From Candidatus Zixiibacteriota bacterium (GTDB lineage Bacteria > Zixibacteria > MSB-5A5 > CAIYYT01), in contig JBECKX010000045.1 of the NCBI GenBank assembly GCA_040235515.1, positions 1 to 42,563 on the forward strand: 42,563 nucleotides of DNA, in the 5' to 3' direction. Position 1 is the first letter of the stretch, and every line of letters starts with the position of its first letter. The position numbers were made by a program, and so were the translations under genes. Below are positions 10,488 to 18,208 of the stretch, one piece after another. The notes beneath the pieces were generated by a model that worked only from the letters and a program-made list of their open reading frames with translations, made no database searches and was not told the DNA's origin.

Positions 10488-11009
10488 TTACGAGGAGGCG
10501 GTCTTGTCGAGAATTTTCGCGAACAGGACCACTTCCCCCGTCAACTCGCGTGCGGCGAGTATTCCTTCGTGCCAGCGCTTGATGAATTCAGGCTCACTCG
10601 ATACAGGATCAAAGCCGTTGCGCGAGAAGAAGTTTACCGCCCAGGTCGCACGGCAGGGCGAGAGCGTGAAGGCGATCCCCGATTCGCGCGCGCGAGCAAC
10701 ATCCAGCGCATACTCCAGCAAAAACTTGCCGTAATCCTGACCGAGGTATTCGCGGTAAAGGAAAGGGCCGACTATCTCAGCGGCCTCGTCAACCACCTGC
10801 AGGCCGACGTAGCCGAACGGAATATGTTTTTCGAAGCCGACGAAGTAGTCTCTGCGCAGGGCGTGCGGGTGTTCGTAGAGTGCCGCGAAGTCATCCCGGG
10901 GATAATCCTCGAGCAGCGGAGTCTCATAGAGCCAGCGGGTGGAATCGGCGATATCCTGCAGCAGCACTCTGGCGTGCTGGTTTGCCTTGGTTATGCGTCG
11001 GGTCGACAT
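10488..11009 (-). CDS. GNAT family N-acetyltransferase
   Basis: Motif A YLGQDYGKFLL and AVNFFSRNGF; 173 aa. Confidence 0.75.
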   Translation of the reverse strand: MSTRRITKANQHARVLLQDIADSTRWLYETPLLEDYPRDDFAALYEHPHALRRDYFVGFEKHIPFGYVGLQVVDEAAEIVGPFLYREYLGQDYGKFLLEYALDVARARESGIAFTLSPCRATWAVNFFSRNGFDPVSSEPEFIKRWHEGILAARELTGEVVLFAKILDKTASS

Positions 11010-11080
11010 AGCGCCAATATAGATAATTTGCGGACTGATTCACGTTCACTTTTCCCGGACGATTCTGCTCCTGCTGCAGG

Positions 11081-11908
11081 CTATTCGTTCCCGGAGCGCG
11101 AGACGGGGTACGAACCGAGGATTTTGAGGAATGTCGTGATTTCGCGCAGATGCCCGATCGCGTTCTTGGATGATTCATCCTCGATATGACCTACAAAATC
11201 CAGATAGAAATAGTACTGCCACATTTTCTTGCGCAGCGGGCGTGATTCGATCTTGGTCAGATCAAGGTCGCGCAACGCGAATACCGAGAGCGCCTTAAAC
11301 AGGACTCCAGGGATGTTTTTCAGCGCAAAGACTATCGAAGTCTTGGCATCCTCGCTGTAGTCTGCAACCTGATTCGAGAGCACCAGAAACCGCGTGTAGT
11401 TATCCGGTTCATCCTGAATAGATTCCGCGAGGATCTGCATCCCGTGCAATTCGGCCGCGAACCTGCCGGCGATCGCCGCAGCGGCCTGTTTCTGTTGTAC
11501 TTTGATCAGTTTCACTGCACCGGCGGTATCGTAGGCAACCTGCGCAGACAATTGTGGATGCTTATCGAGGAACTCCTGGCATTGCCCCAGCGCCACGGGA
11601 TGCGAATGCACTTCCGTCAGGCTCGCGAGCGTCGCACCGGGATTCGCGATCAGATTGTGTTCGATACGAAGGTTTTGTTCGCCGACAATCTTGAGGTGGT
11701 GCTTGAGCAGCAAGTCATAGTTCTGGTGGATACTCCCGACGAGTGAATTCTCGATCGGAATGATTCCCCGCTCGGCCTCACCACGCTCAACCGCATCGTA
11801 GACCGCTGCAAAGGTCGCAAGCGGCATCGGCTCGAAATCAGTGTTGAAGAATCTCCGCGCCGCTTCCTCAGAATAGGAACCGCGATCGCCTTGAAATGCT
11901 ACTCTCAT
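11081..11908 (-). CDS. pheA: Prephenate dehydratase with ACT domain
   Basis: VAFQG-RGSYSE, PIENS, SHPVALGQC, NYTRF, LTKIESRP. Confidence 0.95.
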   Translation of the reverse strand: MRVAFQGDRGSYSEEAARRFFNTDFEPMPLATFAAVYDAVERGEAERGIIPIENSLVGSIHQNYDLLLKHHLKIVGEQNLRIEHNLIANPGATLASLTEVHSHPVALGQCQEFLDKHPQLSAQVAYDTAGAVKLIKVQQKQAAAAIAGRFAAELHGMQILAESIQDEPDNYTRFLVLSNQVADYSEDAKTSIVFALKNIPGVLFKALSVFALRDLDLTKIESRPLRKKMWQYYFYLDFVGHIEDESSKNAIGHLREITTFLKILGSYPVSRSGNE

Positions 11909-12055
11909 ACCGACACAATCTCGCTGGCTCAGGTGAACTGTTTTGCTTATTCAGGTCGGCAAATAATAGTGAAGCGTTAACGGAAGTCAAGGCAGGAGAG
12001 CGCCGGTGGCGTATAGAGCCATTGCGCTCCAGTTTCTCCGCCCTATATTATCCCC

Positions 12056-13441
12056 ATGTCCGACCTTTTCGAACAAGAATCCGGATTCCTGAAACTGGGG
12101 AAACACGCACCGCTTGCCGATAGGATGCGTCCTCGCAAGCTGGCGGATTTCGTGGGCCAGGAGGAGATCATGGCGCCGGGCAAGCCGCTGCGGAGCCTGC
12201 TCGATCGCGGCAAGATTCACTCGGCGATCTTCTGGGGACCACCCGGGTCGGGCAAGACCACGCTTGCCTACTTGATTTCGATCCATCTCAAATACAAATT
12301 CATATTCTTCTCGGCGGTGACTTCAGGCATCAAAGAGATCAAGAAGGTGATGGCGGAAGCTGAGCGCGAAGAAGCTCTCTATGGCGGGCGTACTATCCTG
12401 TTCGTCGACGAAATCCACCGGTTCAACAAAAGCCAGCAGGATGCGTTTCTCCCCTATGTCGAATCGGGCAAGATCATCCTTCTTGGCGCCACGACCGAGA
12501 ACCCATCGTTCGAAGTCGTCGGTGCGCTTCTCTCTCGCCTCAAAGTCTATCTCCTCAAGCCGCTGGAAACTGAGCAGATCGGCAGGATTATCGACCGTGC
12601 CATTACTGACCCGGAGCAGGGACTCGGAAAGAAGCAGGTTGAACTGAGTGATGATGCCCGCAGCTACATCATCCAGTCTTGTGGCGGCGACGCCCGTAAA
12701 GCGCTGACCCTCCTGGAGGTTGCCTGCGAGGCTGACGAGAACTGGGAGCAGGGGTCGGCGACGATCACCATCGACAAGATCACGGAGGTACAGCAGAAGA
12801 AAGTCCTGCTGTATGACAAGGCGGGCGAGGAACATTTTAACCTGATCAGCGCGCTGCATAAATCGCTTCGTGACTCCGATCCCGATGCCGGGTTGTATTG
12901 GCTGGCCCGTATGCTGGCAGCCGGAGAGGACCCGCTCTACATCGCCCGGCGTCTGATCCGCTTCGCGGTGGAGGATATCGGCCTCGCCGACAACAACGCG
13001 CTCTCGCTTGCGCTCAATGCCCGTCAGACCTACCATCTGCTGGGCACACCCGAGGGAGAGCTGGCATTGGCACAGGTGGTGATCTACCTCGCCGCCGCGC
13101 CGAAATCGAATGCCGTTTACGCCGCCTACAAGAAGGTAATGAACACGGTTGAGAACGAGCCAGCCTACGAGGTCCCGTACCATATCCGCAACGCACCAAC
13201 CTCTCTAATGAAAGGGTTCGGGTACGGCAAGGGTTATCAGTACGCCCACAACTTTGAGGATGCCATTACCGGACAGTCAGATCTGCCGGATGATCTCAAG
13301 ACCCGCAACTTCTACCATCCCACGGAGCGAGGATTGGAGAAGCGCATCAAGGAGCGGCTCGAACACTTCGAGAGATTGCGTCGGCAGGCGCGCTCTGAGA
13401 GATCGGAGGAAAAGCACGACACCGACCCGGACCAGAACTGA
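12056..13441 (+). CDS. rarA: Replication-associated recombination protein A (MgsA/RarA AAA+ ATPase)
   Basis: PLADRMRP, GPPGSGKTT, DEIHRFNK, GATTENPSF, ISALHKS-R-SD, EDIGLAD. Confidence 0.96.
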   Translation: MSDLFEQESGFLKLGKHAPLADRMRPRKLADFVGQEEIMAPGKPLRSLLDRGKIHSAIFWGPPGSGKTTLAYLISIHLKYKFIFFSAVTSGIKEIKKVMAEAEREEALYGGRTILFVDEIHRFNKSQQDAFLPYVESGKIILLGATTENPSFEVVGALLSRLKVYLLKPLETEQIGRIIDRAITDPEQGLGKKQVELSDDARSYIIQSCGGDARKALTLLEVACEADENWEQGSATITIDKITEVQQKKVLLYDKAGEEHFNLISALHKSLRDSDPDAGLYWLARMLAAGEDPLYIARRLIRFAVEDIGLADNNALSLALNARQTYHLLGTPEGELALAQVVIYLAAAPKSNAVYAAYKKVMNTVENEPAYEVPYHIRNAPTSLMKGFGYGKGYQYAHNFEDAITGQSDLPDDLKTRNFYHPTERGLEKRIKERLEHFERLRRQARSERSEEKHDTDPDQN

Positions 13442-13547
13442 GCTCACCGGCTTTGAATAATTTGAACTATCATGGAGCGTGCTGCTCCCTTTCTCGTATA
13501 AAGAGAGTGATTAGAATACGAATGCTCATGAAGAAAGAGAATGCCAG

Positions 13548-14834
13548 GTGAGAACACCACGAGTTGCAGCAACCGCCGCCATTCTGCTGGTGGTAACGAT
13601 ACTTCTCCTGCCGACAGGAAACCTGTTTGCGGAGAAGATATTGATCCCGATGGACCGTCAGCAGGCGAATCACCTTAAAGCCTACGGAGTCGCCTACTGG
13701 ACTTTACAGCAGGGGCAAAACGTGGAATGGCTGCTGAATTACCGGGGCGGAGCATTCATGATGAACGCGTTCGACGGTCTGCGGAATATCTGCGCGCTGC
13801 GCGGAGTGACTTTCGAATCGGTCGGCGCCGGCGATGAAGGATTGATTCGGGCTACCATCGAAGACAACAACATGGAATCGGTGCTGCTGGAGAAGCCGCC
13901 CGCCGTAGCGATCTACACGCCGCCGAACAAGGAGCCGTGGGATGATGCCGTAACGATGGCGCTCGAATATGCCGAGATCGAGTACAAGACCGTCTGGGAC
14001 GAAGAGGTGCTTGACGGCAAGCTGGACGAATACGACTGGCTCCACCTCCACCACGAGGATTTTACCGGTCAGTATGGCAAGTTCTACAATTCCTTCCGCA
14101 ACACCCTCTGGTATCAGCAGGAGGTTGCCACGAATGAGGAGATGGCCAAGAAGCTGGGCTACAACAAAGTATCCGAGATGAAGTTGCAGGTCGCCAGAGC
14201 GGTGGAGGACTATGTTGCCCGCGGGGGCTTCCTCTTCGCGATGTGCTCGGCGCCGGAGACGTTCGACATCGCGCTCGCCGCGATTGGCACAGATATTGTG
14301 CCTGCGGAATTCGACGGTGATCCGATTGATCCCAATTGCCAGGCCAACCTCGACTTCGACAACTGCCTGGCATTCGAGAATTTCACAGTCTCCGTCAACC
14401 CGCTCGAATATCGCCACTCCGATATCGACACCTATCCTGAGCGGATGAGTTATGTGCCCTCCCCGGAGCTGGATTACTTCCAGTTATTCGATTTCTCGGC
14501 CAAGCTTGATCCGGTGCCTACCATGCTGGTGCAGAATCATGTGGGTACCGTGAAGGGGTTCATGGGCCAGTCGACCTCATTTCGTAAGTCGTTGCTCAAG
14601 AAGTTCGTGACTGTGCTCGGTGAGATCGATGGCCAGGATGAGGTTCGCTATATTCACGGCAATTTCGGCAAGGGCACGTTCACCTATCTTGGCGGACATG
14701 ATCCGGAGGATTACCAGCACATGGTCGGCGATCCGCCCACCGATCTGAATCTACACAAGAACTCGCCGGGCTATCGGCTGATCCTCAATAATGTACTCTT
14801 CCCGGCGGCGAAGAAGAAAGAGCGCAAAACCTGA
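13548..14834 (+). CDS. Secreted conserved protein with a probable class I glutamine-amidotransferase-like domain (family I recall being labelled 'asparagine synthetase B' in Bacteroidota)
   Basis: Signal peptide; HLKAYG, WLLNYRGG, DWLHLHHEDF, GGFLFAMCSA, GGHDPEDY, PGYRLILNN. Confidence 0.75.
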   Translation: MRTPRVAATAAILLVVTILLLPTGNLFAEKILIPMDRQQANHLKAYGVAYWTLQQGQNVEWLLNYRGGAFMMNAFDGLRNICALRGVTFESVGAGDEGLIRATIEDNNMESVLLEKPPAVAIYTPPNKEPWDDAVTMALEYAEIEYKTVWDEEVLDGKLDEYDWLHLHHEDFTGQYGKFYNSFRNTLWYQQEVATNEEMAKKLGYNKVSEMKLQVARAVEDYVARGGFLFAMCSAPETFDIALAAIGTDIVPAEFDGDPIDPNCQANLDFDNCLAFENFTVSVNPLEYRHSDIDTYPERMSYVPSPELDYFQLFDFSAKLDPVPTMLVQNHVGTVKGFMGQSTSFRKSLLKKFVTVLGEIDGQDEVRYIHGNFGKGTFTYLGGHDPEDYQHMVGDPPTDLNLHKNSPGYRLILNNVLFPAAKKKERKT

Positions 14835-14878
14835 TCCATCTTGCACTCCGACGGTCTCGCCCCGAAGGTGCTCGTTAT

Positions 14879-14906
14879 TTATTTCACTTGTTAATTATTT
14901 CACTTG
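14879..14906. repeat. 12-bp direct repeat TTATTTCACTTG x2
   Basis: Copies at 14879-14890 and 14895-14906 in AT-rich intergenic DNA. Confidence 0.8.
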
Positions 14907-15120
14907 CGCCGACGGCGAAAGCGCATTAATTGGATTTATCTTCGCTGTCATTTCGGGCCGGCAAAACGCTCTAACCCATACAGCACGGCAATAGAACCAG
15001 TTTAGATTTTTTGCGGCGATTAGTCCGAAACGTCAAATTCCAATTCGAACTCTCTCTGCTCCATCGCCGACTAGTAAACACCTGAGGAACCGATGATCCG
15101 CTTAAGCACCGGAGGCACGC

Positions 15121-15894
15121 ATGCCTTCAACTGAAAACAACAACTCCGCGTCAGACAATCTTCTGATCACCAGTATGTCGCAGAAGGGACAGGAGATCAT
15201 CGAGCATCTGGAGTCTGAAGGAGTAAGTGTCCGCTTCAGTAATCTCAAGATCGCTGACTACATAATTGCCGGGCGATTCGCGATCGTGCGTCGGACACTC
15301 GATGACTTCATGGCAGACCTGAGCAACAAGATGATCTACCGCACCGCTCCCGAGTTCAAGCGCAATTTCCACGATCCGCTGTACGTGGTCGAGGGCTTTA
15401 CGCCGGGCGCGAAGATTTCCGCCTCCACTACCGGAAGAGCGGGGATTACCTACCTGACGATCATGAATCGCATCCCGATCATTTTCACCAACTCAGCCGA
15501 AGAAACGGCGCGTTATATCGCGCTGATCATGAAGCAGGCAGAATATGCACCTGTGCATGAGGAAGTGCTCGAGGATGAGGATGATTCGCAGACCAAATTG
15601 ATGCAGCCAAGCGAGGAAACCTCCAATGGAAACTCCAGGGAGCCGGAGGACTACAAGATCAAGTCGCTCTGCGCGCTCCCGGGGATCACCGAGGAGGCGG
15701 CCGAAGCACTCGTGAAAAAGTTCGGGTCGCTGAGGTCAATTATCACGGCTGATGAGAATGCGTTGCGAAAGGTCAAAGGTGTCGGACCGAAACGCGCCAA
15801 GACTTTGCAGAATGCGATTAACGCCGGGGCCAGAAAAGAAAAGCGGCCCTCCGGCAATCGTCGCAATTCAACGTCGCGACCCAACTCGCGTTGA
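15121..15894 (+). CDS. ERCC4/XPF-like domain plus tandem helix-hairpin-helix protein, catalytic motif degenerate
   Basis: LKIADYII...AIVRRTLDDF...PLYVVEG resembles archaeal XPF/Hef; C-terminal LPGI...FGSL...VKGVGPKRA (HhH)2; GGAGG RBS. Confidence 0.8.
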   Translation: MPSTENNNSASDNLLITSMSQKGQEIIEHLESEGVSVRFSNLKIADYIIAGRFAIVRRTLDDFMADLSNKMIYRTAPEFKRNFHDPLYVVEGFTPGAKISASTTGRAGITYLTIMNRIPIIFTNSAEETARYIALIMKQAEYAPVHEEVLEDEDDSQTKLMQPSEETSNGNSREPEDYKIKSLCALPGITEEAAEALVKKFGSLRSIITADENALRKVKGVGPKRAKTLQNAINAGARKEKRPSGNRRNSTSRPNSR

Positions 15895-15992
15895 CGCAAG
15901 CTGATTGTTCGGGCAGCAGCCACTCACTGTAAGCACAAGCCCCCTGTTCGGTTTCGATTGAGTCGTAGCTCAGAATTGCTATACTTACGCCC

Positions 15993-18149
15993 ATGAAGCG
16001 GAATGACTTTCTGGCGGGAGCCGCGGTCTGTGTTGTGACGCTCGTCGTCTATGCGTTCACACTCTGCCGTACCGTCTATGTCGGTGATTCCGGAGAACTG
16101 GCGCTGGCGGCTTCACAACTGCAGATAGCCCACCCTCCCGGCTATCCGATTCTGACATTGCTTGGTCGAGTCTTCAGCCAGGCACTCGGAATCCTGCGCC
16201 CGATAGTCGCGCTGAACATCCTGAGCGCCCTGCTGGCAGCCACTGCGTCCTTCGTTTTCTACCGCTTCGTTGGCAGGCTGATCCCGCGTGATGGGATAAT
16301 CCCAACCATTTATGCAGTCAGCATGGGTGTCGCTTTCGGATTTGCGCATGCAATCTGGTTTCATGCCTCTGCATTTGAGGTCCACACGCTCGCGGCGTTG
16401 CTCATCGTGGTCGTTCTCTACTCGATCTCAAGAGTATTGGCCGCTGGCGATCGACGTTACTTCCTACTGGGAGCGTATGCGCTCGGCCTGGCGCTGGCCA
16501 ACCACCTGTCCGCTGCAGCACTCGTGCCGGCGTTGCTGCTGGCTACAATCCTCGGCTGGAAGTCAATCAGATTGAGGTTTGCTCTCCTCGGCCTGGCAGC
16601 ATTTCTCGCGCCGCTCACGAGTTACCTTTACCTGTGGCTGCGCGCGCAGAGTGAGTTGGTGCTTACCTGGTATAATCCGCAGTCGTGGGTCGGTTTCAAG
16701 CAACAGGTCCTGGCAGAAGCATATCAGCGCTATGTTGAGATCGTCAGCTGGCACGACATCCCCGCATATCTCGGAACGATCCGGCAGATGGTGGGAGAAC
16801 AATATTTCCTCCCCTGGCTGATCCCCGCCCTGCTTGGGTTCGTGGCGCAACTGAGGCGGTCAAGGAAGCTGGCGCTTACATTGCTCAGCGTGGTCCTCGT
16901 GAATGTCGTGCTCACCTCCAGTTATGCCATCTCTGACATCGAACCCTACTTCATTCCTGCGATCGTGGTCCTGCTGATCTGGCTGGCGGAGCTGCTCGCC
17001 GTGCTTGTGCGCAGAAGTGAGTTCGCGGCCGCAACCGGCGCACTGCTGGCGGCAGCCTTTGCGATTGGCGCCATGGTCGGCAACTGGTCGAGCTGCAACC
17101 TGAGTGATAATCGCGAAGCGGAAACCTACGCGCGCGACCTGTTCGAACGGGTCCCGCGAGGCGGAGTACTCTTCTGCGGCAGCGATAACTCGACTTTCTC
17201 GACACTCTACCTGCGGTACGCCGAGAATGTGCGACCCGACATGGAAGTTTACGGACAGCTACCCACTTTGGTGCGATTGCAGCGCGATGTGGCACTTCCA
17301 TCGGAGATGGGATGGGGTTATTTTCCTCAACTGCTCCGTGCCGCTGTCAACCGGGGTTCTCGCCCCGTTGTGATGGCGCAGGAGCCAATGAACTATGACA
17401 ACGATTTCCACCACTTCGGGCTCAATCTCTACCCGACTGGCTTGGTGTATACGCTGTCACCGACGGTCAGCTCTGATCAAGCGGCAACGAATCTCTCGCT
17501 GGCGAACAGCGTGCCGCTGGAGATCAGCGACCCCAAGCTGGCTCAGTTATATGCCCTATATTCGCTTTGCGCCGCCGGTGATGCGTTTCGCAATCGAGAA
17601 GCGACCGTTGGCAGGTATCTGCGTCAAGCTGAAGACCTGGTTTTCAGCCAGGGAGAGCCCTCCATGTACAGCGCGCTGGCGGCCTATCTGATTGCAGATG
17701 AAAGATTGGTTCAGGCGCGCAGGGTCGCCGAGGCCGCGCTCAAGTTGCCTTCGCTTCGAACCTCGGAACGCGAACGCATCTTCCTCGCGCTGGCTCGAAT
17801 TGCACTGCGACTGGAGGATTATGACTCTGCACGTGGCTGGTTTGAAAAGATTCTCGCCGAGGATGACAAGCATGTCGAAGCCAGATTCCAGCTTCTGGCG
17901 CTGGATGCCAGCACTGCAACGGCGAAGCGGGAATTTGCAGCCGCGGCCGATCTTTATGAACAGATGACACAGATCGCCCCCGATCAACCGCAGAGCTTTT
18001 ACCGCCTGGGATCGCTCAGGCTTCAGCTTGGCGATACCACTGCCGCGATAGCTGCTTTCAATCATTGCATCACGAGCGGCTACCACTCCGAGGAACTATC
18101 CCCGCTGGTCGATACTCTCTCGCGGCTTCAAAGCCAGTCCGGCAGATAG
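15993..18149 (+). CDS. DUF2723/TMEM260-like GT-C membrane glycosyltransferase with C-terminal TPRs
   Basis: VYVGDSGEL...IAHPPGYP signature, about 11 TM segments, ANH and SDN motifs, TPR-like helices at the C-terminus. Confidence 0.85.
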   Translation: MKRNDFLAGAAVCVVTLVVYAFTLCRTVYVGDSGELALAASQLQIAHPPGYPILTLLGRVFSQALGILRPIVALNILSALLAATASFVFYRFVGRLIPRDGIIPTIYAVSMGVAFGFAHAIWFHASAFEVHTLAALLIVVVLYSISRVLAAGDRRYFLLGAYALGLALANHLSAAALVPALLLATILGWKSIRLRFALLGLAAFLAPLTSYLYLWLRAQSELVLTWYNPQSWVGFKQQVLAEAYQRYVEIVSWHDIPAYLGTIRQMVGEQYFLPWLIPALLGFVAQLRRSRKLALTLLSVVLVNVVLTSSYAISDIEPYFIPAIVVLLIWLAELLAVLVRRSEFAAATGALLAAAFAIGAMVGNWSSCNLSDNREAETYARDLFERVPRGGVLFCGSDNSTFSTLYLRYAENVRPDMEVYGQLPTLVRLQRDVALPSEMGWGYFPQLLRAAVNRGSRPVVMAQEPMNYDNDFHHFGLNLYPTGLVYTLSPTVSSDQAATNLSLANSVPLEISDPKLAQLYALYSLCAAGDAFRNREATVGRYLRQAEDLVFSQGEPSMYSALAAYLIADERLVQARRVAEAALKLPSLRTSERERIFLALARIALRLEDYDSARGWFEKILAEDDKHVEARFQLLALDASTATAKREFAAAADLYEQMTQIAPDQPQSFYRLGSLRLQLGDTTAAIAAFNHCITSGYHSEELSPLVDTLSRLQSQSGR

Positions 18150-18208
18150 CAACAGGACGAATCGATAGGTCGATTCGCCCTGTTAGCAATGCGATCAAAT
18201 TGATCTGT

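Noticed and set aside
12323..14417. Minus-strand ORFs 12323..13183 and 13704..14417
   Set aside because: Antisense to rarA and to the conserved secreted protein; an expected codon-bias artefact.
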